Origin: a plasmid
Strand: one strand, 5' to 3'
Sequence record: NZ_LR134454.1
Length of the DNA stretch: 64,000 bases
A program made the position numbers and the translations under genes. The notes beneath the pieces were generated by a model. That model searched no databases. It had not been told where the DNA came from and was given only the letters and a program-made list of their open reading frames with translations. Shown here piece by piece: positions 7,663-17,020 of this stretch. Numbering within the stretch: position 1 is the stretch's first letter; every line of letters begins with the position of its first letter.

Positions 7663-8715
7663 ATGAGCCGCTTCACTCGATTCGCCGGATCCGTCGTCGA
7701 GGCCGTGCTGACGCCTCACGCCGTCGACCGCTACCTCGAACTCGTCGATCCGATGGTCACGTGGACCGACATCCGCGGACGCGTCACCGCCGTGAGCCGC
7801 CGCACCGACCGGTCGGTGACGTTCACCGTGACGCCCACCCGCCAGTTCGAGGGCTTCGAGGCGGGCCAGTTCATCCAGGTCAGCGTCGTGATCGACGGTG
7901 TCCGTCAGTCGCGCTGCTTCTCGCCCGCCGGCTCGCAGCATCAGGGCGGCGAGCTCGAGTTCACCGTGACCGCGGACGCTGACGGCCACGTCAGCAAGCA
8001 TCTCCGCGACAATCTCGCCGTCGGCGACGTGCTGGGACTCACCCCGGCCGCCGGCACCTTCACCCTGCCCGGGACGCCGGGGAACCGCCCCGAGCGGATC
8101 CGCCTCATCAGTGGTGGCAGCGGCGTCACACCCGTACTCTCGATCGTGCGCACGCTCGTCGACGAGAACCACGACGGTCCGATCGACGTCCTGCACTTCT
8201 GCCGCGACGCGGCCGATAACCCGTACCGCGCGGAGCTCGAGCGCCTCGCCCGCCTGCGGAACGTCTCCGTCACCTACGTGTACACCCGCGCCGGCGGCCG
8301 CCACCTCGGCCCGGAGCACCTCGAGGACTTCGGCGACATCGGCTTCGCGTGCGGCCCCGCCCCGCTGCTCGAGACCGCGAAACAGCTGTACTCCGACGCC
8401 GGCGTCGAGCTCCGCGTCGAGGAGTTCACCCCGCCCGTGGCGGCGGCACCGTCGGGCGAGGCGACCGGCACCCTGCGCTTCACCGAGGCCGGCACCGCGG
8501 TCGACAACGACGGCCGCAGCATCCTCGATCAGGCCGAGTCCTCCGGCCTGTTCCCCGAGAGCGGCTGCCGCATGGGCATCTGCTTCTCCTGCACCGCCGT
8601 CCGCAAGACCGGCTGCACCACCAACATCCTCACGGGCGAGACCGACGACGAGCCCGATCAGCACATCCAGCTCTGCATCAGCGCGCCCGTCGGCGACGTC
8701 GAGATCGCGCTGTAG
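7663..8715 (+). CDS. Ferredoxin-NAD(P) reductase-type oxidoreductase (FAD/NAD-binding plus C-terminal 2Fe-2S ferredoxin domain), electron partner of the desaturase (Rv3230c-like).
   Basis: Flavin-binding RCFSPAG, GGSGVTP and a C-terminal CxxxxCxxC...C cluster (SGCRMGICFSCTAV...LC). GGAG RBS before the ATG at 7663. Lies directly upstream of the desaturase. Confidence 0.8.
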   Translation: MSRFTRFAGSVVEAVLTPHAVDRYLELVDPMVTWTDIRGRVTAVSRRTDRSVTFTVTPTRQFEGFEAGQFIQVSVVIDGVRQSRCFSPAGSQHQGGELEFTVTADADGHVSKHLRDNLAVGDVLGLTPAAGTFTLPGTPGNRPERIRLISGGSGVTPVLSIVRTLVDENHDGPIDVLHFCRDAADNPYRAELERLARLRNVSVTYVYTRAGGRHLGPEHLEDFGDIGFACGPAPLLETAKQLYSDAGVELRVEEFTPPVAAAPSGEATGTLRFTEAGTAVDNDGRSILDQAESSGLFPESGCRMGICFSCTAVRKTGCTTNILTGETDDEPDQHIQLCISAPVGDVEIAL

Positions 8716-8742
8716 CCCACCATCTTCGTAGGGGAGTCCATC

Positions 8743-9915
8743 ATGACCGAGCACATCACCCTCACCGCCGAGCAGGTCGAGATCATCGGCGAACGCTTCG
8801 ACGCCATCCGCACCCGCGTCCTGAACGACCTGGGCGCCAAGGACCGCGAGTACATCTACAAGATCGTGCGGGCGCAGCGCGGCTTCGAGATCGCCGGGCG
8901 CGCCATGATGTACCTGCCGCCGCTGTGGCCCGTGGCCGTCGGCTCCCTCGGCGTGTCGAAGATCCTCGACAACATGGAGATCGGCCACAACGTGATGCAC
9001 GGTCAGTACGACTGGATGCGTGAGCCGGGCCTGAACTCCCGCGAGTTCGAGTGGGACACCGTGTGCCCCGCCGACCAGTGGAAGCACAGCCACAACTACC
9101 TGCACCACACGTTCACCAACGTCCTCGACATGGACCGCGACATCGGCTACGGCATCCTGCGCATGGCGCCGGAGCAGAAGTGGAACCCCTACTACCTGGG
9201 CAACCTCGCCTACGCGGGCGCGCTCATGGTGCTCTTCCAGTGGGGCGTCATGCTGCACGACCTCGAGGCCGAGCGGATCGTCAAGGGCGAGCGCAAGTGG
9301 GGCGACATCAAGGAGCTCGTCGCCGGCATGCGGAAGAAGGCCGGCAAGCAGGTGCTCAAGGACTACGTCATCTTCCCGGCGCTCACCGGCCCGCTGTTCC
9401 CGCTGACCTTCCTGGGCAACATGTCCGCGAACCTCATCCGCAACCTGTGGACGTTCTCCATCATCTTCTGCGGCCACTTCCCCTCGGGCGTGCAGACCTT
9501 CACCAAGGAGGAGACCGCCGACGAGACCCGCGGCGAGTGGTACGTCCGGCAGATGCTGGGCTCCGCGAACATCGACGGTGGCCGCCTGTTCCACATCATG
9601 AGCGGCAACCTGAGCTTCCAGATCGAGCACCACCTGTTCCCCGACATCCCCGCCAACCGTTACCCGGAGATCGCCGCCGAGGTCCGCGCGACGTGCGAGG
9701 AGTTCGGGCTGCCCTACAACACCGGCTCGCTGCGGGGCCAGCTCGGCTCGACGTGGAAGAAGATCGCCAAGCTCTCGCTGCCGAACCGGTGGACCAAGCA
9801 GGAGCCCGAGCTCGCCGTGACGATCGAGCGCGCCCGGCACGAGGAGGCCGCGTCGAAGGCCCTCGCCAAGGCGGGCTGGCAGCGCGCCGTCGAGCGTGAG
9901 ATGGTGTCGGTCTAG
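8743..9915 (+). CDS. desA3: Membrane-bound acyl-CoA (stearoyl-CoA delta-9 type) fatty-acid desaturase, DesA3-like.
   Basis: Three di-iron histidine boxes HNVMHGQ, HNYLHH and QIEHHLFP. The protein is globally similar to M. tuberculosis DesA3 (Rv3229c). Confidence 0.8.
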   Translation: MTEHITLTAEQVEIIGERFDAIRTRVLNDLGAKDREYIYKIVRAQRGFEIAGRAMMYLPPLWPVAVGSLGVSKILDNMEIGHNVMHGQYDWMREPGLNSREFEWDTVCPADQWKHSHNYLHHTFTNVLDMDRDIGYGILRMAPEQKWNPYYLGNLAYAGALMVLFQWGVMLHDLEAERIVKGERKWGDIKELVAGMRKKAGKQVLKDYVIFPALTGPLFPLTFLGNMSANLIRNLWTFSIIFCGHFPSGVQTFTKEETADETRGEWYVRQMLGSANIDGGRLFHIMSGNLSFQIEHHLFPDIPANRYPEIAAEVRATCEEFGLPYNTGSLRGQLGSTWKKIAKLSLPNRWTKQEPELAVTIERARHEEAASKALAKAGWQRAVEREMVSV

Positions 9916-9939
9916 GACCGACGGCAGGAGGGCGCGGAC

Positions 9940-10260
9940 GTGGGCAGGCTCGAGCGGCGCAAGGACGCGGCGCAGGAGACCGTCGAATCGACGGCCATCC
10001 GCGTCGGCCGGATCGCGACCATCATCACCACCGCGGTGGCCGATGTCGCGCGGGAGATCGGCGACGCCGTGAGCGACGCCCTCGAGATGCGGCAGGCGGC
10101 CAAGGCCGCCGCCGCCGACGAGGCCCGCACCGAGCAGCGCACGTCCCGTCCCGCCGCGGCTGAGGGCGCCGCAGCCGAGGACTCCGTAGCCGGGGACGCC
10201 GCGGGAGGCGCCGCCGACGCCGGGGCCGCCGACGAGCCGGGCCCCGGCGACCGCGCCTGA
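9940..10260 (+). CDS. Hypothetical small protein (106 aa) with an Ala/Asp/Gly-rich acidic tail.
   Basis: GTG start preceded by GGAGGG. No recognisable domain. Confidence 0.35.
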   Translation: MGRLERRKDAAQETVESTAIRVGRIATIITTAVADVAREIGDAVSDALEMRQAAKAAAADEARTEQRTSRPAAAEGAAAEDSVAGDAAGGAADAGAADEPGPGDRA

Positions 10261-10349
10261 CCCGCACGATCGAGCCATCGTGAAGCGAACGGTGGCAGCC
10301 CACCGCTCACCGTGAGAAGGTTGCGATCCAACAATCTTCCTGGAGAGGT

Positions 10350-10880
10350 GTGGTCGTGAGCGCAGTGGAGCAGGGCAAGGCCGTGGTGACGACGATCCGC
10401 CGGATCATCGGCGGGCTGACGCAGGCGAAAGGAGCGGCCGGGCGCGCCGCAGGCGAGAAGTCCGAGATCACCTCCGACGTCGACGCCGTGAAGTCCGCGG
10501 GGAAAGAGGTCACCGAGGGCGTGTCCAACCTCAAGACCGCGGGCTCGAAGCTCGATGCGGACGTGAAGGCCACCGCGGCGAACGTCTCCGCGGACATCGC
10601 CGCCGTCAAGGGTGCGAAGGCACCGAAGGCGGCGGCCAAGGACGAGGCCAAGGCCACCGCCACGGCGACGGGGAAGCCCGATGCCACGGCCGCGCCGACG
10701 GCCGCTCCCCAGGCCGGTGCGAAGGCCGGGGCGCCGAAGACTGCGACACCCAAGGCCGGGGTGCCGAAAGCCGCACCCGCACCCGAGTCGCCCAAGGCCG
10801 CCGCGCCGAAGCCCGCTCCGAAGTCCGCCGCGAAGCCCGCACCGGCGGCCCCGAAGGCGGACCCCACGCCGAAGGCCTGA
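10350..10880 (+). CDS. Lys/Ala/Pro-rich low-complexity protein (histone-H1-like or HupB-tail-like composition).
   Basis: KAAAK/PKAAP tetrapeptide-like repeats across the C-terminal 100 aa. GGAGAGG RBS before the GTG start. A structured inverted repeat follows the stop codon. Confidence 0.5.
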   Translation: MVVSAVEQGKAVVTTIRRIIGGLTQAKGAAGRAAGEKSEITSDVDAVKSAGKEVTEGVSNLKTAGSKLDADVKATAANVSADIAAVKGAKAPKAAAKDEAKATATATGKPDATAAPTAAPQAGAKAGAPKTATPKAGVPKAAPAPESPKAAAPKPAPKSAAKPAPAAPKADPTPKA

Positions 10881-10902
10881 CCAGTAGTACCCATCGCGAA
10901 AC

Positions 10903-10956
10903 GGGCGGATCCGGCCCCACGAGCCGCTCAGCGGGCTCGGACGGCCGGATCCGCTC
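10903..10956. terminator. Bidirectional stem-loop (nested hairpins) between convergent genes.
   Basis: GGGCGGATCCGGCC ... GGCCGGATCCGCTC inverted repeat. The 26-nt loop itself contains GAGCCGC-tca-GCGGGCTC. Confidence 0.55.
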
Positions 10957-10966
10957 GTTCTCGCGA

Positions 10967-12928
10967 TCAGTCGCCGCTGCAGCAGTGCGACTTCTTCGTG
11001 CCCGACGGCACGTCGAGCGCGGGATTGCGGTCGAAGAAGCCGACCGGCTTGAGCTTGAAGCCCGCGTAGTCCACCGGCATCACGGGCCAGTCCTCCGGGC
11101 GCGGGAAGTGCGTCAGCCCGAAGGTGTGCCAGAGGACCACGTCCTCGCCCTCGATCGGCCGGTTCCCCGCGATGTACGACGGCAGCCCCGCGTCGCCGGG
11201 GTTCTGGTTGACGTAGTCGCCCGACGGGTAGCGCTGCGCCTCGTCGTACCGGGTGACCCACAGGTGCTTGGTCGCGAACGCGGCGCGCGCGGCGATCGAG
11301 CTCGACGGGTCCGCGAGCAGCGCCGGCTGCCCCTCGGGGTGCAACGCGTACCCCACCTCCTGGCCCAGGTAGTTCTTCTTGTTCGGGTTGGTCACGTGCC
11401 ACACCCGGGCCTTGAGGTTGTCCGCGAGGCGGGCGCCCTCGGCCTCGGTGGCGAGCACCGTCTTCTGCTGCCGGAAGGCGTTGCCCCACGGGTTCTCCGG
11501 GCCCATCGGCACGCGCACGGCGTCGACCTCCGACACCGTGTTCGTGGTGCCGTCCACCGCCATGTCGAGGCGGGCCGAGAACATGTGCTGGTGGAAGGGG
11601 GCGCCCAGGCCCGGCGCCATCTCGGTGGAGAAGCCCTCGGGGCCCCGGTAGGCCGAACTGAAGACGATGCCCGTGGCCTTGGCTTCCAGCTCGATCGTGC
11701 CGTCCAGGTAGAGGTACCAGTAGAAGCCGTAGTCGTAGTTGCCGATGGTGAGGAAGAACGAGATCACCAGGCGGCGCGAGCGGCGGGTCTCGGCCATGCC
11801 GTTGAACATGTCGGTGTGCTTCCACAGCACGCCGAAGTCCTCCTCGTGCATGCAGATCGCGTTCTTCATCACGCGCGGCTCGCCCTGCTCGTCGGCGATG
11901 ACGGCGTCGAAGTACTGGATCTCGCCGAGGCAGTCGCAGCCCAGCTCCAGCGCGTTGGTGTACCGCCCGAACAGGTACTCGCCCTGGTCGAAGTAGTTCT
12001 GCCAGTAGCGGACCGGCGAGGGATCGGCGTACGGCACCACCATCTCGGCGATCGACGCGCGGTACACGACGGGGCGCTGCACGCCGCCGTCGGCGACGGA
12101 GAGCGTGTGCAGGGTCAGGCCCTCGCGCACGTCGAAGCCGAACCGGAACGTCCAGTCCGCCCAGGTGATCTCGTTGCCGTCGATGCTGTAGCTCGGGCCC
12201 TCCGGCTGCGTGATCTCGATGGGCTTGAGGTCGGTGCGCGGCGCGGGCGTTCCGTGCGGCGCCGCGTCCCACTCGCCGCGATCCGCGGGGACCGGCAGCT
12301 CGATCTCGTCGATCACCTTCGTCACGCGGCCCTCGGTGAGGTCGACGTACGCGACGACACCGTCGATGGGGTGCGCCCAGGGGAGGTCGGCACCGTCGTC
12401 CTGGTGGAAGGCGAGCACGCGGCACAGCCGGTGGCCCACCTCGTCCTCGTGGCCGAAGACGCCCGCGGACAGGGGGACCGCGCGGACCTTCGCGGGATCG
12501 ATGCCGCGACTGCTCATCGCCGCGATCCACTCGGCGCTGTCGAGGAGGTACTTCTCGATGTCCTCGAACTCCTCATCGATGATCGGGACCTGGCCCTGCG
12601 TGCGGGAATCCAGCTGCACCGAGCCGACGACGGCACGCTCGGTGATCGAGACGACGTGGTCGGAGCCGGCGCCGGTGGCGCGGTCGAGCAGCATCACGCG
12701 GGCGCGGCGCTCGATCGGGTCGCCCGCCGTGAAGGAGAGGACCACCTGCTTGTGCGGCTCCTCCAGGCCGACGTAGACGAACCGGACGGTCTCGCCGAGC
12801 AGGCCGGCATCGCCGAGAACCTGCTTGACGGTGCGGATCTCGGCCGCCTGCAGCGGGACCAGCGGGTGCGTGACCGGGATCGCGGCCGTCGATACGCCGG
12901 TGTCCGTCGGGTCGAGGGTGGTACTCAT
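10967..12928 (-). CDS. Copper-containing (topaquinone) primary-amine oxidase.
   Basis: TPQ consensus TIGNYDYGFYWYLYLDG. Cu-binding His motifs HQHMF and VVLWHTFGLTHFPRPEDWP. GGAG RBS before the ATG at 12928. The start codon overlaps the permease stop (ATGA). Confidence 0.9.
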   Translation of the reverse strand: MSTTLDPTDTGVSTAAIPVTHPLVPLQAAEIRTVKQVLGDAGLLGETVRFVYVGLEEPHKQVVLSFTAGDPIERRARVMLLDRATGAGSDHVVSITERAVVGSVQLDSRTQGQVPIIDEEFEDIEKYLLDSAEWIAAMSSRGIDPAKVRAVPLSAGVFGHEDEVGHRLCRVLAFHQDDGADLPWAHPIDGVVAYVDLTEGRVTKVIDEIELPVPADRGEWDAAPHGTPAPRTDLKPIEITQPEGPSYSIDGNEITWADWTFRFGFDVREGLTLHTLSVADGGVQRPVVYRASIAEMVVPYADPSPVRYWQNYFDQGEYLFGRYTNALELGCDCLGEIQYFDAVIADEQGEPRVMKNAICMHEEDFGVLWKHTDMFNGMAETRRSRRLVISFFLTIGNYDYGFYWYLYLDGTIELEAKATGIVFSSAYRGPEGFSTEMAPGLGAPFHQHMFSARLDMAVDGTTNTVSEVDAVRVPMGPENPWGNAFRQQKTVLATEAEGARLADNLKARVWHVTNPNKKNYLGQEVGYALHPEGQPALLADPSSSIAARAAFATKHLWVTRYDEAQRYPSGDYVNQNPGDAGLPSYIAGNRPIEGEDVVLWHTFGLTHFPRPEDWPVMPVDYAGFKLKPVGFFDRNPALDVPSGTKKSHCCSGD

Positions 12929-14397
12929 CGTGCGATCTCCTTCTCGGGTTCTTCGGGGGTGATTGCTGTTCCGCCGGACGGCGGGGAGGTGCGGGGCCGG
13001 GCCGCCGCGGGGCGCAGGAGCGCCATGGCGACGCCGCCCAGGAAGACGCCCACCAGGAGCGTCCCGACGACGGCGGCCAGCGGGCGGGAACCGCCCACCA
13101 GGAGGGGCATGTTCGCGACGGTCATGGCCAACAGGACGGCGAGGCCCGCGAAGCCGAGAGCCGGTGCGATCAGGGTGTTCCAGCGGCGGTCGTCGACGGC
13201 GTTCCGCCGGAAGTAGACGAGCACCGCGATCGACGTCAGCGTCATCAGGGCGACCACGCCGACCGACGCGATCCCGGCGAACCAGGCGAAGACCTCGGTC
13301 ACGGGGTCGAGGCCCACCGCCGCCGAGACGACGACCAGGACCAGCGCGGACACCGTCTGCACGACCGACGCGACGTGGGGCGAGGAGTGCCGCACGTGCG
13401 AGCGGCCGCACCCCGACGGCAGCGCGGCGCTGTTGCCCAGCGAGAAGATGTAGCGCGCGAGCACGTTGTGAAAGGAGAGCAGCGCCGCGAACAGGCTCGT
13501 GATGAGGAGGATCTCGACGAGGTCCCCCGCGGCGGAGCCGAGGTAGCGCACCGCCGTCTCCACCACCATGCCCTCGGGGTTCGCACCGGCGAGCGCGACG
13601 GCACCGTCGTCGCCCCAGGCGGTGACGACCGACCAGCTGGAGAGGGCGTAGAAGCCGCCGATCACGAGCAGCGCCAGGTACGTCGCCCGGGGAATGGTGC
13701 GGGCGGGATCGCGCGCCTCGTCGCGGAAGACGGCGGTGGCCTCGAAGCCGATGTAGCCGGCGACCGCGAAGATCAGGGCGACGCCGGGGGCACCCGCCAG
13801 GAAGGCCGCGGGGTGCAGCGCGGCCGTCGACGGCCCCGACTCCCCGCCCGACACCAGGACCGCAGCGTCGATCGCGAGGACGATCCCGACCTCGCAGACC
13901 AGCAGGACACCCAGCACCTTGCCGGACAGGTCGATGTGGCGGTAGCCGAGGAGCCCCACCACCGCCATCATCGCGAGCGACCACAAATACCAGGGCACCG
14001 ACGGCCCGCCGTGCCCCGCGACGAAGACGTCGATCGCCGCGCCGATGTAGCCGTACACGGCGCCCTGCACCGCGGTGTAGGTGAGCAGCGCGAGGAACGC
14101 GGCGCCGAGGCCGACATGGCGTCCCAGGCCGTGCGTGATGTACGTGTAGAAGGCGCCGGCGCCGGGCACGCGCCGCGACATCGCCGTGAAGCCGACGGCG
14201 AAGAACAGCAGGATCACCGTGCACACGAGGTACGACGCCGGATAGGCGGCGCCGTTGCCGGCGGAGATGCCCAGCGGCACCGTCCCGGCGATCACGGTCA
14301 GCGGCGCGGCGGCCGCGACGACCATGAAGACGATGGCCCCGGCGCCCAGGCCGCCGGACAGGCGGTGCGGGGCGGCGGCCTCGGACGGCGTCGACAT
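12925..14397 (-). CDS. APC-superfamily amino-acid/amine permease, co-transcribed with the amine oxidase.
   Basis: About twelve hydrophobic helices with APC-type motifs (GAGAFYTYITHGLG..., FLVSGGE-like regions). GGAGAGG RBS before the ATG at 14397. Confidence 0.85.
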   Translation of the reverse strand: MSTPSEAAAPHRLSGGLGAGAIVFMVVAAAAPLTVIAGTVPLGISAGNGAAYPASYLVCTVILLFFAVGFTAMSRRVPGAGAFYTYITHGLGRHVGLGAAFLALLTYTAVQGAVYGYIGAAIDVFVAGHGGPSVPWYLWSLAMMAVVGLLGYRHIDLSGKVLGVLLVCEVGIVLAIDAAVLVSGGESGPSTAALHPAAFLAGAPGVALIFAVAGYIGFEATAVFRDEARDPARTIPRATYLALLVIGGFYALSSWSVVTAWGDDGAVALAGANPEGMVVETAVRYLGSAAGDLVEILLITSLFAALLSFHNVLARYIFSLGNSAALPSGCGRSHVRHSSPHVASVVQTVSALVLVVVSAAVGLDPVTEVFAWFAGIASVGVVALMTLTSIAVLVYFRRNAVDDRRWNTLIAPALGFAGLAVLLAMTVANMPLLVGGSRPLAAVVGTLLVGVFLGGVAMALLRPAAARPRTSPPSGGTAITPEEPEKEIAR

Positions 14398-14552
14398 GAC
14401 CCGGGTCCTCTCCTGCGATGGTTGAAAGACGGTGCGCAGCAATCCCTGTCGGCCTGGAAGCCGCGACTCCAGGGGGTCGCACCGGACTCACCATAGGCAC
14501 GGGATGTGGCGCGTGTCACTGCTTTTCGCGGGTGGGAATCCGGCTGCGGCGC

Positions 14553-14689
14553 ATTCTCATTCGAACCGGGAGTCGCGAGCGGGGCGATTCTCATTCGAAC
14601 CGCGGACATCGCGCCACGTCACGCCGTCCGGCGGCATCCCGGACCGTTCTCGGGCGTCCCTCGTCGCGGACCGGATTCTCATTCGAGAC
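14553..14689. promoter_or_regulatory. Three direct repeats of ATTCTCATTCGA(A/G)ACC in the divergent promoter between the two permease genes.
   Basis: Copies at 14553-14567, 14587-14601 and 14675-14689 (the third reads attctcattcgaGacc). Plausible operator sites for the locus IclR regulator or another amine-responsive regulator. Confidence 0.5.
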
Positions 14690-14771
14690 CCGAAGAAGTT
14701 CATCGGGATTCGACGCGAACGGGTGCGCCGTCGGCTAGCGTGCACGCAGGGTTCCGGAGAGCAGGTGTGGC

Positions 14772-16226
14772 ATGGCGGAGTCGTCGGGCATCAGAGCGAG
14801 GTCGCCGGTCGTCGGCCTGCCGCGGGGACGCCTGACACAGGTCCAGGTGCTCGCGCAATCCGTCTCCGCGGTCGCCCCCTCCGCGGTGATGGTCACACTG
14901 CCGGTGCTGGTGATGGCGCAGGTCGGCCGCGGCGTGATCGCGGTCTTCGTGGTCGCGACGCTCCTCGTCGCCGCGGTGGGCTACTGCATCCGCGAGTTCG
15001 CGACGCGCATGGCCGCCGTGAGCGGGCTGTACAGCTACACCGTCAAGGGACTCGGCCCGACGACCGGCTTCGCCGCGGGATGGTCGTTGCTCGTGGGCTA
15101 CGGCGCCGCAGCGATGGCGAGCCTCGTCGGCGCGGGGAGCTACCTGGCCGCGCTCCTCGGCCGGACCGGGGTGCCGCAGGGCACGCCCACCGTCGTCGCG
15201 CTGTCCGCGGCGGCGGGGGTCGTCGCGCTGCTGCTCATGCTGCGCGGCGTGCAGCTCTCCGCGCGGATCATGCTCGCGATCGAGGTCTTCGCCATCCTCG
15301 CCGCGTCGGCGGTGCTCGTCGTGGCCTTCGCGGCGGGCGGCGGGGCCGCGGGCGGCGGGGCGCCGAGCGCACCGTCGGGCCCGGGCGCCGCGGGCTTCGC
15401 CGTGCTCCTCGCGATCACGGCCTTCGTCGGTTTCGAGAGCGCCGGTACCGTCGCGCGGGAGGCCCGGCACCCGTTCGTCACCGTCACCCGCGCGATCCGG
15501 TGGACGCCGGTCGTCGTCGGCGTTCTGTACCTGTTCGCCGCGGTGCTGCAGTTGCCCGAGTCCGCGCGGCTGGGCACGGACTCGCTGCGCGTCGTGCTGA
15601 CCCTCCCGGACCGGCTCGGCGGCGGCTCGTCGGTGCTCGCCGCCCTGATGGAGGCCGGGATCGCCGCGTCCTGGTTCGCCTGCGTCCTCGGCTCCGTCAC
15701 CGCGCTCTCGCGCACGCTCTTCGCGATGGGGCGGGAGGGCGTGTTCCCCGGGCTGGGCCGCACGCACCGCCGGTTCGGGACACCGGCCGCGGCGCTGCTG
15801 ACGACGATGCCGCTGATCGTCGCGGTCCCCGTGCTGTGCCTGCTCGTGAGCGGGTCGAGCCGCGCGACGCTCGTCGGGCTGCTCGCGGTCTCCGCGCACG
15901 GCTACATCGTCGCGTACGTGCTGGTGTGCGTCGCGACGCCGGTGTTCCTGCGGCGGATCGGCGAATCCACCCGCGGGGCCACCGTGGTCGGGACCGTCAC
16001 CGCCGCGTGCCTGGTGGGGCTCATCGTCTGGGTGGCCGTCACCTCGTGGGGCCGCGCCGAGGGCACCTCCACCGCGGTGTACCTGGCGATCATGGCGGCC
16101 GGCGCCCTCGTGCACCTGGTCCGGATCCGGCCCCGTCCGGCCATCGCGCAGCGGATCGGGGTCTACGACGAGACCACCGAGGCGGACCTCCTCGGGCCCT
16201 CCCCGCCCTGGGCGGTGCGACGGTGA
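14772..16226 (+). CDS. APC-superfamily amino-acid permease.
   Basis: A 484-aa 12-TM protein with APC-type composition. Its stop codon overlaps the IclR GTG start. Confidence 0.75.
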   Translation: MAESSGIRARSPVVGLPRGRLTQVQVLAQSVSAVAPSAVMVTLPVLVMAQVGRGVIAVFVVATLLVAAVGYCIREFATRMAAVSGLYSYTVKGLGPTTGFAAGWSLLVGYGAAAMASLVGAGSYLAALLGRTGVPQGTPTVVALSAAAGVVALLLMLRGVQLSARIMLAIEVFAILAASAVLVVAFAAGGGAAGGGAPSAPSGPGAAGFAVLLAITAFVGFESAGTVAREARHPFVTVTRAIRWTPVVVGVLYLFAAVLQLPESARLGTDSLRVVLTLPDRLGGGSSVLAALMEAGIAASWFACVLGSVTALSRTLFAMGREGVFPGLGRTHRRFGTPAAALLTTMPLIVAVPVLCLLVSGSSRATLVGLLAVSAHGYIVAYVLVCVATPVFLRRIGESTRGATVVGTVTAACLVGLIVWVAVTSWGRAEGTSTAVYLAIMAAGALVHLVRIRPRPAIAQRIGVYDETTEADLLGPSPPWAVRR

Positions 16227-16972
16227 CGGCGCGCGAGAACGCTCTGTCCGGGCGGCAGCCGAAGGCCGTCATCAGCGCGCTGCGGGTGCTAGAGGAGGTC
16301 GCGCGCGGGGGCGAGGGCATCACCGCCAAGGAGATCACGGCCCGGCTGGGAATGCCGTCGGCCACCACCTACCGGCTGCTCACCATCCTCGTGGGCGAGG
16401 GCTACATCGTGCGCGTCCCGGACCTCTCGGGTTTCGCGCTCGGCCGCCGGCTCGGCGTCATCCTCGACGCGGCGGTCGCGCCGTCGGTGTGCGCGGCCGC
16501 CCGCGACGTGCTCGCCGAGGCCCGCCTGTCCGTGCGCTTCGGCGTCCAGCTGTTCTACGTCACCGGCAGCGGCGTGCGCGCCGCGGACCTGGATCCGGAG
16601 TACCCGCCGCAGGAGTCCGAGCGCTTCCTCAACGACCACCTGTACGCCTGCGCCGTCGGAAAACTGCTGCTCGCCGAGCGGGACGGGCTCGCGGAGGAGC
16701 GCCCCGCGCTGCGCGCGCTGACGGGCAGGACCGTGACCGCCGCCGACGCGCTGCGGCGCGAGCTCGACGCGGTCCGGGCGAACGGTCACGCCGCCCAGGT
16801 CGGCGAGATGCGGGAGGACACCGCGTGCGTCGCCGTGCCGATCCGGTCGCGCGACGGCGCGCTCGTCGCCGCGCTCGCCCTGTCCGGGCAGGCGGAGCAC
16901 GCGCCCGTCATGCTCAAGCAGGTCGAGGCGCTGCGGGGCCATGCGGACCGGCTGGCGCCGCTGCTGGCGTGA
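16223..16972 (+). CDS. IclR-family transcriptional regulator.
   Basis: N-terminal wHTH VISALRVLEEVARGGEGITAKEITARLGMPSATTYRLLTILVGEGYI followed by a C-terminal IclR effector domain. Confidence 0.8.
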   Translation: MTARENALSGRQPKAVISALRVLEEVARGGEGITAKEITARLGMPSATTYRLLTILVGEGYIVRVPDLSGFALGRRLGVILDAAVAPSVCAAARDVLAEARLSVRFGVQLFYVTGSGVRAADLDPEYPPQESERFLNDHLYACAVGKLLLAERDGLAEERPALRALTGRTVTAADALRRELDAVRANGHAAQVGEMREDTACVAVPIRSRDGALVAALALSGQAEHAPVMLKQVEALRGHADRLAPLLA

Positions 16973-17020
16973 GAGCGGTGGATCAGGTCTCGTCGACCTC
17001 CACGTCCGGATCGCGGGCCG

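Noticed and set aside
6862-10278. 1138-aa minus-strand ORF covering the desaturase operon.
   Set aside because: Antisense to two well-supported + strand genes. Only its C-terminal 220 codons (the TetR) are credible.
10967-14500. 1177-aa minus-strand ORF and the 743-aa + strand ORF 10985..13216.
   Set aside because: The real genes are the amine oxidase (from the ATG at 12928) and the permease in a different frame. The + strand ORF is antisense noise.
14432-16972. 846-aa + strand ORF fusing the permease region and the IclR gene.
   Set aside because: The permease is in another frame (14772..16226). Only the last 250 codons (the IclR, from the GTG at 16223) are real.
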